The notes below the pieces were generated by a model, which saw only the letters and a program-made list of their open reading frames with translations, searched no databases and was not told where the DNA came from. Both the position numbers and the translations under genes were made by a program. From Dimorphilus gyrociliatus (lineage: Eukaryota > Animalia > Annelida), in the NCBI GenBank assembly GCA_904063045.1, contig CAJFCJ010000015.1, positions 992,001-1,056,000 of the forward strand: a DNA stretch of 64,000 nucleotides, given 5' to 3'. Positions 10,295-25,200 of the stretch are shown one piece after another. Positions within the stretch are counted from its first letter, which is position 1. Each line of letters begins with the position of its first letter.

Positions 10295-13200
10295 TTATGT
10301 CACTGAATAAAGTGGACTTCCATCTTTTAAACTTACACTTTTTGTTGCCGACATTTTTATATCTGGAAGATGAATAGCCTCTCCTTCAGGCTTATTGGCT
10401 TTATATACTGGATTAATAAAGTCATTACTAACTGACAAACTACTATCTTCAGTAAAATCTTGTGTACTATTTCTAATTGGAGTTGTTCCGTCACTTCGGC
10501 TATAATTCTTCAAGTTCTGCCATTTTCTATTCAGATTCTCACCAACTTCTGGTTTAAAGCGAATTATTGCTAAAATTATAATTACAATAAGGACTAAGCA
10601 GATGATAACTCCAATTGCTATAGCTGCTTTTGAACCACTTGATAAACCTTTTCTATTAGTTGGCTGTACCTGATCTATCGGCTTCGCTAAAAATAAATAG
10701 TGCAGTGTTAATTATTAAGGAATTAGAGCAAATTTCCAATATTACTTGATAATTTTGTTGTTTGAGTTATACGAGTTGTCGATAATTTAAAGGTAGTCGT
10801 TCTTATACTTGTTGTAGTTGGCTTTTTCGTTGTAGTTGGTCGTTTTGTTGTTGTACGAGTTGTAGAAATTATAGTAGTTGTCTTTTTAGGAGTTGTTGGA
10901 GTTGTTGCCTTTTTCGTTGTAGTTTGAGTTGTTGAGACTGTTGTCTTCTTTGGCGTTGTTGGAGTCGTTGGCTTTGAAGTAGTCGTTTTTATTGTAGTCG
11001 AAGTCGGTAGAGTTGTGGTTTTCGTTGTAGGTGTTGTTGCAGATGTTTGATCTTGTGTAGTAAAATCCATAGATAAAGTTGTAGCTTTAGTCACTAAAGG
11101 TGTCGGCCTTGGATCAGTTTTATTTGGTCCAGAAATATCTGAAACACAATAGGAATGGAATAAAATTCTAGGAAACGTTATCTCATACATTCATCATCCG
11201 TGTAAAATCTCCATTGAGCGTCTTCTGACGTAAATCTAATAACGTTTACATCGTGAACTTTATTACTAGGAATTTTCCAATCTATTAAGTATCCATCTGA
11301 ATTTCCTTGCACTTGTAGCCTGTACTCAACGCTTTGAAGAGTTTGAGTAAAGTTCCAATTAATTGTAAAATTCTTCCACTTTTGACAATCTAAGAAATTT
11401 CCAATTATAGAATCTTCGTTGCGTCCTCCAATACTTGAACGTACGGCTAATCGTGAATTTCCATTGATGCCAATAGCCACTTCGTAAGTATTATTTTGTA
11501 AGTTGTTCTCATAGTTTGCTAAAGCTACGAAAGCATTTTTGCAACCTTTAATTGAAGCGATAATATTATTTCTTCCGCTAACTCGAACTGTTTCTTGATT
11601 GCTATAAGAGCTTTTGTCGTTGATTGAGAATTGCACATAATTAACTGTAATTATAGTAAATGCTTTAATATATATAATCTGTTTATTACATAATTAGAAC
11701 AAATAGTATACTTACTTTCGCTTCTTGAAGTTGTCCATACAGCATCTGAATTAGTTATCAAATCAGCAGACGTTATAGTTGCGATGTCGTTAGAAAATGA
11801 TAACAGTGACTTTGATGTATACGCTAAAAATAGATTTTGATTAATTTCTCCGTAGCCAATACGTAGTCCTTTAGACCAAGTCATCCACAGGCGTTTTTCT
11901 CCACAAGTGAATAAATTCGGAGTTTGCACTTTCTTGACTTCCGCTAATACATTGTTTTTTCTTACAAAGAGTATACTTTTATGATCAAAAGTATTCAAAA
12001 TAGCTGATGCCATAATATTTGAATCTTTATCGGTAAAAGTAATGTTTGCTTGTGAGCATGTCTTTATTTTTGTTGTTAATGACTTGGTCTTTACTTCGTA
12101 TGGACCACTTTTCTTAGATTTTGATGTTTTAGAAACTAGTTGATCTTCTTCCAGATTGTTTAAATTCCAAATTCCTTCATTATCTTCAGTTTTAACGCTT
12201 ATTGCTCTGACAACAATTGGTGGATAACGGAAGTAATGCTGAACAAATACGTTCGAATTTAAAACACCTCCTTTACCCAAAGTTATCGATTCTTTATCCC
12301 ATTTAATCCATATTGTAGTCGGTATTGGACTATTTAGAATTTTAATATCGAAAGGATAATAAAAACTATCAGCCTGCTCTTTTATCATAAGTGCACTATT
12401 ATCAAAGCTACCGTAAGAAAGTTCATAAGAAGAATTTCCAGAGATACCTTCACCGTTACTCAGAAGAATTATTGCATTCCTTTCAGCCGATACCTTTAAG
12501 ATTGCATAGTTATTTTCAATACTAGCCCAATATCTTGAATAAACTGACGAGTCAGGTGTATGAACAGTAATAGAGTTGACCTTATACTTCTCGAATCGAA
12601 ATTTTCCAGTGCAAATATCTTGACAGGAAGTACTCATGGCAAAGTGAACGCTTCTCACACGTCTTGTCGCATTTCTAAGAGTTATTATCGGCTGAGAAAC
12701 TCCTCGATTTCCTATACCTAATTGAATCTTGTTTTCCTCCCATGACAGCCAGAATGTTTTATATAGCGTATCACTCAGAATATTAGGAGTTTGGTTTTCC
12801 TCTAAATCGGTAGAATTTATACTTCTCCTTATCACGCTTCGTTGATTGTCTTTTCCGATAATGATTTCGTAGGTTGTCGATGGATTTGGTGGAACTACTC
12901 CAACTTCTTCAGCTAGAGCAATGTACGCATCGCTTTTAGCTCTGATTCTAAATTCCAGACTATTTGTTGATGAAATAATCCAACCGTTTTTATATTCTAA
13001 CGTATTTGATGCTATTATTGTGTGAAAGGGTGATATAGATTCTTTATCTATTAACCAATCAGCGTCATTTCTAGTCGATGTTAGAGAAATGGCTTTTATA
13101 TCTCGGACACTTGAGTTGTAATTAAGAATTAAATCACCCCCAACAGACTCTCCTTTTCCCACACTTATCCTAGTCTTCGTCCATTCAATCCAGAACGGCC

Positions 13201-16200
13201 GACGTTCATCTGCCGATATCAATTGGTCGTTATCAATATCTATCCTCTTCAAGGTATTTGAACTCTCTTTTAATTCTATAGCATTCTTTTCAAGAGATAA
13301 TTTATACATTCCCATTGAAACTCCTAACCATTGATGGAGGCCTAGCATAACAATTTCATCAGATTTGACCTCAAAATTCAAAACGTTTATTATAGGTACA
13401 GTAACGTATGTTTGTAGTGCATTGATATCTGATAGCGTCTTGGCCAGTAGTTGATAATCTGAAAGAAAAGTAATAATAAGCTTCTCTAAGGCGAATAGTT
13501 AAAACAAAAGCACAATTACGAACTAGATGTTGAATGAATTTTCCATTCAGCCTCGAACCTTCGATCACCAGAGAAAGCTAATTCAGTAAATTCGCTTAAA
13601 AAGTTATTGTTTGTTGGAGTCCAAGTTAAAATTGTATTTTCATAGAATATTTCGCCAACTCCAAATTTCAAATCATTTATCCAACTTAGCCAGAATTTTG
13701 TAAACGCTCTACAATTAAGAATATCCGGAGTAACTTCTTCCTTTAGTTCCCGATTGCTTTGAAGGTCTCTAAGAATTGTATCCTTATTGCCATTGGCACC
13801 AATTTCCAGTTCAAGTCGAGCTCTTGTAGGATCTTTTTGAAAAATTCCTACATGACTCTGAGAACAAGAACGTATTGAGAAGAGGGTCTGTTTCGTATTG
13901 TCTATTCTCAAACGATGATTATTATACTGATCATAAACTGCAGGTGATTGTAATCCAAAGATTTTTTCTATATAGAATGAAATTTTGAAGTATGAAATCT
14001 TAAAGACAAAAAGAAATCTTTAAAATATTCTTACCTTGGTCGGTTCCAAAGAAATATTCAGCCTTTACAATCCCATTTGAAGCTAGTGATAAAAAGTTAA
14101 TTGGGAGCATGTCATTGGAGCTTTCAATGAATTCTATCACTGTTTCCCTTCCTACAACATGACCCCTTCCAAAAGATACTATATCGTGTTTCCAACTTAA
14201 CCAGAAAGGACGTTTCTCTTCATCACTTAAGATGTTTGGTGTGGGTGTTCGAACTTCTTCAATATTAGTGAATCTCTCCTTTTTCCTGCGAATTCTTGTC
14301 ACAGTATTTATATAATCACCAATTATTATTTCATAAATGACTTCTCTAGTATTTGTGGCAGTTTGTGATAAGATAAGTCTAGCTCCGTATCTACATCTTA
14401 CCGAGAATAAAAATGTCTTATCAGACGGAGCAGTGAGGTGTGTATCTGGCAAATATGAATTTGGACTTTGATATGAATAAACCTCAGAGGAGAGATGTTT
14501 AGATATCAGCCAAGTTGCCGGCGAAAATATATCTCCAGTAAACGATAAAGCATTAGTATTAATCCAATTTTCAGAATCATCAAAAGTAATAACTTCCTTA
14601 GACCCCCAGCTCCCCCTACCCAACTTAATAACTCCACTCTTCCAACTTATCCAAATTTTCTTCATTTCCTGTGAATTTACCAAATTAACTGTTTCATTGT
14701 GGTCTTTTATAACTTTGCCATCGATTATCTTTTGTACTTTGACGTATGAACCACCGAATGCAGCGCTTTTCATTGTTATTAAATAATAACGATCGGTTAT
14801 ATTTTCAGGATTTTCAATCAAACTTATGTGGCAAACGGGAGAACTGAAGGGTAGTATTGAATAACCAGCTGTGACAGATAGTTCTATATATGGTTGGAGG
14901 GGTATCATCACGAATCTATCTAAATGATAGCTATTATGAGTTCTTGTGGATATAAGTTCCCCATCAGTAATTGGAGGTAATCGCCATTTTCCCATATAGC
15001 CATGTCCAGTTGAAAAAGAAACTACTCTGATGTTATAGAGCGGTGCCATCTTCCAGGACATTAGTTTTCTTACTCCAACCTTAGTACCCTTTCCAAATTC
15101 GAGAAAACCATTTTTCCAGCTTATCCAAAAGTTATTCCATCTCTGACTAGACACAAGGTTGGGATTTCCTGGAACTGAATGTAAAACTGGTCCAGATATA
15201 CCGTTTCTAACTTCAATAACTTCATTTCTAGTACCTCCTATTGACACTTGATATGATCTGTAAGATGGAACTCTTGCGTATTCCTCCAGCAAGAGATAAA
15301 CATATTTTGTGGTGAAAACATCAAACACAATTGAATCTCTATTAACAGTGTGCAGCTGTACTCGATTGAAACTTTTAATTCTTCCAGAATTCCACATTAA
15401 ACTCCTTTCCGATCGCCTTTCAAACTGCCAATAACTAAAGCCAGGTGCAATTTGAACATCAGTGACTTCAAGTGGGAACTCTTCGTCAACATCTATTATT
15501 ATGTTTTGTTCTATATCTGTTCCTATTCCCACGATCCATCTCTTCTTATCCCTATCTTTAGCAATAATCGATACCCAGAAAGGTCTATATTCACTACAAT
15601 CTAATATTTTATCTGTAGAGTTTTGAGCAAGAATCACCTCCGAATTACCGTTTATACGTTTTAAAACTGTCTTGCTGTTTCTATCGGTACCGAAAATAAG
15701 TTTATGTGACGTTTCTTTTTCTGTTGCATTATCTACTTTAAATTCAAGTTGGGCGTTTCCACATGATTTGACTAAGAAACTAAACCAGGGACGCTTTTGC
15801 ATAGACATTGAAAATCCAGACGTTCCAGTAACACTGAGCGTCGATGAAGTGAAATGATCAATGGCCCATTCGGATTCTTTATCATCCGAACTAATAGCTG
15901 TAACCGATGTAATATTATATAAGGAATGACCCCATTCAAGTACAACTTTTTCATTTATTGTTGAAGAAGTACCAAAACTTATCTGATCTATCCAGCTAAT
16001 CCAAAAAAATCTCTTCTCAGTGCAACTTAATATGTTAGGTGTACTTACAGACACGAGCTTTTTATTACCAGCTACATCTTCTAGTTCAGTTTTCTCATTG
16101 TTCCTACCTACGTACAGAATATAAACACCTCCATCATCTATTGTTCTTCCAAAGGTTATTTCTACGTTTTGGCATGCTCTTACAGCAAATAAAATCCAAT

Positions 16201-19200
16201 GTTTGAAAGTTGACTTCATACTGAATGCTACGTCGTTCATTTTTCTAGATAGTTCAGTATATAATGGCATATCTCTTGGGAAATACCACTTTCCAGTACT
16301 ACCAAATCCTGTTGTGATTCCAACTGATCTTATGGTTTGTTGTCTGTGATTGAACCAAGTTATTATAGTTTTTTTGAAAACTTCTGTTCCTTCGCCCACT
16401 TGAACTATGTTATCTCTCCAAGATATCCAAAAAGCTTTGGGCGTGGTTTCATTTAATATTCTCGGGGTTTGTTTAGATCTAACAGCTGGTTGCATTATTC
16501 CCGGTCTTATCTCTGTTTTTGTATTCTTTGCTCCGCCTATTAAGATTTCATATGCTGCGATCTCGTAGTCTCCGGGTATTGATGTTAAAGCTAGGAATGC
16601 ATCATTTTTAGCCTGGACAAAGAAAGTGATATATTCTTCAGACACGGTAAAACTACTTTTTCCGTAAAGATAAATGTTGGGACTTTGAAGCTCAAGATAT
16701 TCACCCTCTGGTAGAATAGGCGTTACTGGAGGTAAAGTTGGAGGAAGTTGAGAAGTAGAATTTTCGAATAAAAATTCCCATGACGCATCAACATTGCTAA
16801 TCATCGAGAGACCGTTAACGTTCGCCTGTTCACCTAAAAATGCTTCAATAACCTTATTATCTCCAGGTTCTTCGCTTCTGCCTAATCTTATATTGGCCCC
16901 ATCCCATGATATCCAAATAGGTATAAATTGATCGCATTCTAAGAACCTTTCATAATTCACTGATTTAATTAGAGTAAGATCTTTGAAAACTTGAACTTGA
17001 TTATCATAGCCCATTCTCACTGAATAAGTCAGGGTTTTTGTTTCACCTGGAATAGTTGACAAAGATATTTGAGCTTCCGAACAAGCTTTTACACCAAATT
17101 GTACGAGTTCTCTGGCTACTCTTGTTACACCAACATACTTTACAAGTTCATTCTTCTTTGTGCTTGTTTGCATCCATCGAATGTCATCTTGAGCTATTTG
17201 CCATCTTCCATCGTTACCAAATCCAGCTGAGAAGGATATGTATGGTATGTTAAGAGAGGCGTTAACGTTATGTGCCATAAAAGGTTCAGAATTATTTTTA
17301 TAGCTTCCAGCTCCAACTGATAGTTCGGAGTTAGAGAATTTTATCCAAAATTTCCTCATTTCATAACAATTTACTATATTTCTAGTTCTTACATGAACAG
17401 CTGTTGAGCCCTGACGCCTTCTTCTAATTTCTGAGAATGTATTTCGCCCACCACCCAATACTATTTCGTACGTGTTTTTATTCGTTACACCTGCTTCCTG
17501 ACTGAGAGCGATGTGGGCATCGTGACAAATTTGAACTCCAAATTCTACATACTCCTTTTGCGGCATGAACCATGTCTTATCATAATTGTATACGTTCGGA
17601 GTGAAAACATCAACAACTTCACCGTAATCTGGACGAATTATTTTCCAGCTGTTATCTATAGGTTTATCTTTTCCAGCTCCCAATGCTATTCCATTTATTG
17701 GAATTATATCATCTTTATCTCTTTTCCAAGAGATAAGTTGATAATTTCCAATTGAAGTACCAAAACCTAACGAAAGATTTTCATCAACCCAGCTCAACCA
17801 GAATGAAGTTTCAGTTAAAGAATTTAATGGATTATTGAAAAATCTTGTCTCCTTTATTTCATTTTTATACGCAATTTCTATTTTACGATTACTGTCAGCT
17901 CCAATGGTGATAGTATAATCCCTTTCTTTTATATTGCCAATAATTGATGCTAAATTCAACTTTGCATATTCATTAGCCTTTACCGAAAAGTAATAGGAAT
18001 CGTATGTTGTTACCCCTAACCAAATACTACCAAAAATTCGATTTTTCCCACCGTACGCCATTAAAAAATTAACTATTTTGAATGAAGGAAAAGCATTATT
18101 TAACTCTAAAAATACACAGTATATTGCAAAATTATTACCGTCGGATGGAAATATTAGCCATCTGGAAGCGTAGGTTTCATATATAGTTTTCAAAATATAT
18201 CCAGTTGCATCCTCAAGACCGAATAAGGTTTTTGCTATTTCATTCTCGTACGGTTCTCCACTGCCCAATCTTATAGAATCTTTATCCCAAGACATCCAGA
18301 ATGTTTTATATCTATTTAAGGCAATAAGTCCTGGAATATTAGCCGTAACGTTGGTAACACCATGAACTTTAATGATTAAGTTATCACTGTTGCTATTTCC
18401 AATAATTGCTTGAGCCAAAGATTGTGTACTGTCCGAAATATTTACTAATTCTATACTCGCTCCTAAATCGGCCTCAAGTTGAAAGATAAGCAAATTTTTA
18501 TTAAACGGAACAATTAATGGACCGTCGTTGTCATTCGTAGTTTGTATTCTATGAACTTCGCCTAAATATTATTAAAAGTTTGCTTTTTAAAATAGGATTA
18601 ATTAGTTAAGATAAGATAAAGATTTTACTGTTAAATTGCATCCATTTAAAGGTGTAACTTGTTGGAGAAGCAAATCTTAGAGCTTTAATGTCCATATTTT
18701 CAGTTGAACGAAATTCTATAACTCTGAATTGAATGTAAAATTCTAATTATTTGAATAATAGTAGTGTTTTTAATAAAGTTACCTTTGTTGTGATACAATT
18801 GTTCCTTTTCCAAAGGAGATAGCGTTGTACTTCCATTCCAACCAGAAATAACGCATTTCATTGCAATCAAGAATACGAGGCGTTGATTGACTAGCAATTG
18901 TTGTACTTTTATCGCTGTGCCGAAGGAATATTGTATATCGATTGGAAGATGTACCTATTCTCAATTCGTAAGTCTGATATCGTAAAATTCCGACAAAAGG
19001 TGCAAATATGATGCTAACTCGGTTACAACTTTTTAATCCAAATACCAATTTAGTCATTGTTGATGGAGTGAACCAACTACCTAAGTCCTTCTCTGCTGTA
19101 GATAAATCCCTTTTAAACGTTATTTCCTGAGCTACTGTTCGCTGTAATTGATAAAATGATATTCTATCCGACTGATCTGAACGTAATTGTGAAAAGAATA

Positions 19201-22200
19201 TTGGTAAAGGAGAAGAATCTTTCACTTCAATGAAAATTGTATCGCCATGTTGTTTCATTGAGGATGAGATAATAAATAATCCATCTTTCCAAGATACAAA
19301 AAATGATCTTGCTGTGGAGCAGGTGACGAGATTATCAACTACAGTCTCATCTAATAGTTCCAATTTTTGCGATTTCCTTTTATACAATCGGAGTAGTCCA
19401 TCTCCCTCCATGTTGATATTTATTTGATAATTTGGTACACTAAATTCGTCAGATTCATGTAAATTCAGAACGCCACCTCTACAAGATAGAAGCTTAAAGT
19501 CCATCGAAAGCCTATGAGGTGGTATAGCTATGTTTATAGTTGTACGATCGTTTGACGGACCAATTGTATTTGGGAATGTAAACTCATCGCCTAAAAGTAA
19601 GAGAATAGTTAGAATTTTATCAAAAAAATTGAAATTATACCTTCAAAATCCATAAATCTCCATATTATTGTATCAACAGGGGCTGCTAGCGTACCAGATG
19701 TAACCGACAAATATCGTATAGTATCTTTTTGCCGTCTATTGGCTTTTACAAGAGTATTTGCTCCTATGATATCTCCTCTTCCAACAAGAATTTCATGTTT
19801 TGACCAGCTAACGTAAAAACGCCTTGTTAAATTACAATTAAGAAGATCTTCTTTAAATTCTGCTTCTCCTATTATACTATTTTGCTCTTTTACATAGATT
19901 TTTCTATTACCATCATCACCTAAAATAACTGTAAATCCAGTTGTAACAACTCCTTGTAATATGGTCGAATAAAAGCCCATACGAGCATCAGCGCAAGCTA
20001 TGACATCAAATACCATAGATCTTCTTTTCTCGATATTCCAACGTAAAACTTGCCAAATAGTCGAAGAAGTTGTTTTAACTTGATGAACCACTCCCTGAGA
20101 TTTTGAATATCTCCATTGTGCATCTTCGTCCGATCCTATTCGGATAAAATTCATTTCTACGTATTTCATTTTCTCTTTTAGAATGATTTGATTAGACTGT
20201 TGTGCTTTAAGAATTAACTCCTGAGTTATTGGCTTATACTGAATAATTAGGGTTCTAAACTCCCTACAATTGATAACATTTGAAATTGATTTAGTTTTGT
20301 TAGCCTCTCGATCTCTGAACACTACTTTATCATTCATGATTATAACTTGAGTAGCTTTTTTTAATTCGTTTAGAAGAGGATCATCTGTTATCGCAATTCG
20401 AACTGTTTTACAGCTTCTAACCGAAAATTCAACTTCATTTCTAATAGTACTGAACCAGATATCATGATATGAATTTCTATCGCCTAGATCTCTGTGCGAA
20501 TATATTTCCATGATATCTTCCTCCTGTTCGTCAAATTTCCAAGATATCTCTTCCGGACTATCAAAACTGGCTGCCGTTATCCGTGTAATGTTTATATGTC
20601 TTGTATTTAATAAGGTTTCATAACCTGGATCAGGCCCCAGTCCAAGTGCAACATACCTCCTTCTCCAACTTAACCAGAAAGTTTTCCAAGCAGAACACTG
20701 AAGGACATTACCTACCTCTCTTCTAAGAATAATCGCTCCATTAACTCCTGATCTTATTTCCGAGTTCCCTCCAGAAGTTATCACAATTTCTATCGCTTGA
20801 TCATTTGCAACTGCGAATTCACTCAGGACAATTGAAAATCTTTTACAAGTTCGAATAGTAAAGACAATATCTTTCTTTCCAATCAGGTTTTTCCATATTT
20901 TATCATATACTACTGGACTTTCCTTATTGAAAATATCCAAAGCTGGAACTGTTGGAAAAAGTCTTAGACTATTCAAAATTTTCTATGAATAAATTACCAT
21001 AATTTACAGGTAAACGAATTTCATTTAACGAAGCATTGGTCGGTGCATCACTGGCGAAGGAAATTGAGTTTACAGATACCGAACTTCTTGCAACTTTTAT
21101 AGCTTCATTGTTTGGATAAGCACCTGTTATAGATTATGTTGGAATAAGGGAACAATAACGTTAAATTATTAATGAAAAGATAATAGTATTAATAGATAAT
21201 AATTGAATAGGCAATATTTTTAACCTGAGCCCACTCGAAGATGGGAATCACTCCATGATACCCAAAATTTTCTTAATGTTTGAGGCGATAAAATAGATGA
21301 TTTAAAACTTTGTAGACCTAGATATTGCGACGATCCAGCCAATTTTATCCCTATTATAAAGATGAGTATGAATTATTTGAGAGTTTTTGTCTATATAGTT
21401 TTCCAACCTATAGAATTATTTCCCAATGGAGAGAATACAATTTCATAGCTATTATTTAACTTTTTTAGTGGTCCCAAATGAAGTGGTTGAGGTTCGTATG
21501 GTAAAAGCATAACTTTTGAGCCTGACATGGATCTAATTGAAAATTCTATGTGAGTTTTCACAATATGAGTGATTAAGGAATGCCGATATTCATTATCATT
21601 AGGATTTCTTATAGTATAGTCTTGATCTGAAATAATTCATTTTTATTAATTTAAATTCATTGATTTTCAAATCAACTTGAAATAAATACTTAAATCATTA
21701 GGAATAGTCCATAATCCGGTTGTATCCTTTGTTGCCAAACCAAACCCAACTACACTGGCGGTGTCACCTTTATCATGAATTAAAAGAACTTTTTGCCCAA
21801 TTTTGTAGCCTTTTCCAATTGTTACCGTTCCTTTTTCCCATCTGATAATAATGAATATAGATAATTCGTTTAAATGATAATTAATGAGCAAACCTGAACC
21901 AGAAGTATTCAGTCTTATTTTCAGAAATTAAATGTCTTTCCGTGGTATTTACTGTAATTCCTGTTCTTTTATCTTCTATGGAAACTAGATTTGAATCTTT
22001 AACATTTATCCCAATTTCAAATAAAACAGACTGAGATGTCCATTCATCGGTCAGAAGAATAAAAGCATCTTTACTGGCTTGAACTCCAATTACAGACTCC
22101 CTTGTGTCATAGACAGATTGTTGAAATACGTTTCGTTGAAAGTTTGTATTGGTCATCTTTTTAAATGATCTTGCTGAATTTGCTAATACTCTCCAAATTC

Positions 22201-25200
22201 CTTTTCCATCAGATATTTCCTTTCCATATAATTGAAAGAAGTTTAAACTTTTGAAAAACGGATGCAGTCTTTCAAATATTTCTTCCTCTCCAACGTCAAC
22301 TCCTTTCCCCATTCTGAGATAGCCAGTATAATCAGATCCGTTTTTAGTCGAACCCCAAGTTATCTATTTCAAATAGAGACAAATTGATGAGTATGGTTTA
22401 GGAATCTTTTACCAATAATACAAAAATAACTTACCCAAAATTTCTTGCTTATGTCACAATCCAACAGGTTACCAGTTGTAATATCTTCACGTTTACCGTT
22501 ATTATTTGTGCGTATTTCAATTCTAGCCTTATCGGGAAGGTAGTCCAGGGTTATTTCTGCATATTCTTGTCTTTGAAAACCATCTGATACTCTGGCCATT
22601 TCAATAATGGCTTTCATGCAAGCTTGAACCTCAAATACGAGGGAATTTTGATCAGTAAATACGGCCAAGCCATTTTCTCTTCCATTCGAGGTAATTGCAT
22701 AGATTTGGTTGTCTAACATAATGAAACAGAGATAGAGAGTGAAAGAGAGAGAGAGTGTGTGTGTGTTTGTGTGTGTGGGTGTGAAGAGATGTTATATTTG
22801 TAATTTTACTGTATCTTTAAGCTATTAATATACCTTGCATTATATTTGGTAGTGGTGCTGTAAAAAATGATAGAAAAGTGAAGTTTTAAAAGTCAAATTT
22901 GTATTAAAATTTAATGACTCTTACGTAATGTTGGGATGGGAGAATTATCAACTGGTACTGTAAATATAAAGGAAAATATATGCTTAGGCAAAATGAAAAA
23001 GAATGACCAATTTACCAGAGCTATTACCAAAATACCATGTTGCATTTGTGGATGAAGAATGAAAAGAGATGGCGTTAACGGCATTTGCATTGTTAATACT
23101 GCAATTTAATATCGTATTTTCTCCTGTTACTTCACCAACTCCCACTGGAAATATATGAGATAGAAGAATGAAAAGGAAGAATCAATAGCAATAATCTATA
23201 TATCTATATTTATATATTATATTATTATACATGATAATTCTTTATGATGCCATTCAAACCAGAAACTTCTTATTTTGTTTTCATCCAAAAGTGGAGGTGT
23301 ATCCTTAATGCATAGTAATTTTTCGAATGGGCTTTTAATCATCCTCTGAAAGACTTCTATCTTACTCTCTTCATCTCTTGTAATTGATATCTGTTTGAAT
23401 AATTACAAGTGCAAATGTTCACGAAACTATAATTAATATTTATACTCTATACGATAAATCTTCGTAAAAGTTTGGAATGTTGGTTGCAAAAAGATTAATA
23501 GATTTTGATGTTTGTACGTAGAAGACGATACTATTTTTTCCCAATGTACTAATCCATACTTGACCTAATCTATTATTATCGCCAACAGTATTTACACGAG
23601 CAGCAGTTTCTGTTTGAAAAGGGAGGAAAAAAAGAAGTTTTAATCCTATAATAGTCTTTTAAAGTATATTAACCTCCATCCCAGCTTATAGAATATATAG
23701 CTCTTTTATCTCTTACACCAAATGATACTGATTTAAATTCACTGCGATCCTTAACTTTACTAAGAAATATCATCTTATCTCCTTTGAATATAGTAGTCTC
23801 ATTTCCATTATTTTCAATATAAAAGAGACGATCAATTTCACAATCGAGTATTTTTGGAGTTGTTTCTACTTTTCTTTCAATTGTTGATTGTAAGGAAGTT
23901 TTGGTGTTTTTTTCAATTCCTAAATTGGCTTCGAAAGTTGAATTTTCAATCTCAAAATTTGAATACATTCGTATATTTGCATCGTTGCATGCTCTTACGC
24001 CAAATTTTACTTTTGATTCTGTTACGTTCATTCGAATAAAATCAGATTTATCTGAATCAACTGGAGCGATATTTAAAGTGTTGCCGAATGAATTGACAAT
24101 TTCGTAGTCTATTTTATCTTTTTTGTTGGCGAAACCTAAAGAATGGATTGGTATTTCGTGATTATTAGCCTCTAATATTAAATTCTTTCCAATTTCTCCT
24201 CCTTGACCAACGCCAAAATACTTTGAATCATTCCATTCAATCCAAAATGTTCTATAATCAGCACAGAATAGTAAAGATTTTTTTGAAGAAGATGCTATTG
24301 CCGTACTGTTATCTACACGAAATAACTTCGCCTCATTGGAGGAAGAGGTACCAATTTCTAATCTCAGAGAATTTTTAAAATGGATTCTATCTTCTTGACT
24401 CAAGTACAAGATAACACCAGTGCACGCTTTAACAGAAAATACAAAGTTCCGTCTTTCATTTACCATTATCCATGTCCAGGAATAAAATCTCTGATGAGCA
24501 GAAAATGATATTAATTGAACATTGTTGTATGTATATTGCCAATAGGATGAAACAGAATTTTTTGAATGAATCCTTAATAGAAGAGATCGATGATTTCTAT
24601 TTAAATCAGACTTCCATGATACCAAAACTTTATTTTTATTTGTCTGTCCTAATTCAATTAAACCACCTCTCCATGACAGCCAAAATGCATCTAGACGTTC
24701 ACATTTGAGGATATTCGGCGTTACAGTTCTATTCATTACTTCTCCTCCAACAGTTCTCCTTATTTCAGTATTTAGATTATCATTCGTTCCTATTCGAATT
24801 TCAATGTTATCATCTGACAAATCTCCCCTTGTTAATATGATGGAGACATCATCACAAGCTGCTACGTCAAATCTCCAAATATCTTGATTTTCATTGAGAA
24901 CAATTCTATTGCCTTTATCTCGGGATTCAACATATCCATGAACTGTATTAACTCCTGCCTTACTGAATATGAAGAGTCCATTCTTCGAATAAGCAGACAC
25001 CTCTGTTACAAGTAAAGGATTAGAATCTTGCCAGTAAATTAACGGTATCGTCTTTGAAATTCCAACTTGTATAAGACCATTTTCCCAACCAATAGTAATA
25101 TCTCTATATCGATTCGATGAAACAAACGAAAATGGACCAAATCGTTTTAGTTGTTCATTTTTATAAATTTCAACACGAAAACGCTGAAATCGGATTCTAT

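Noticed and set aside
17415-17430. RRRR furin-like site in a giant-protein repeat
   Set aside because: It falls on the conserved 'xIRR' strand of the repeat and is probably within the folded domain. There is no independent evidence of cleavage.
19771-19779. RGD tripeptide in the giant protein
   Set aside because: It arises from the repeat's conserved GRG turn; one hit in more than 7,000 aa is expected by chance.
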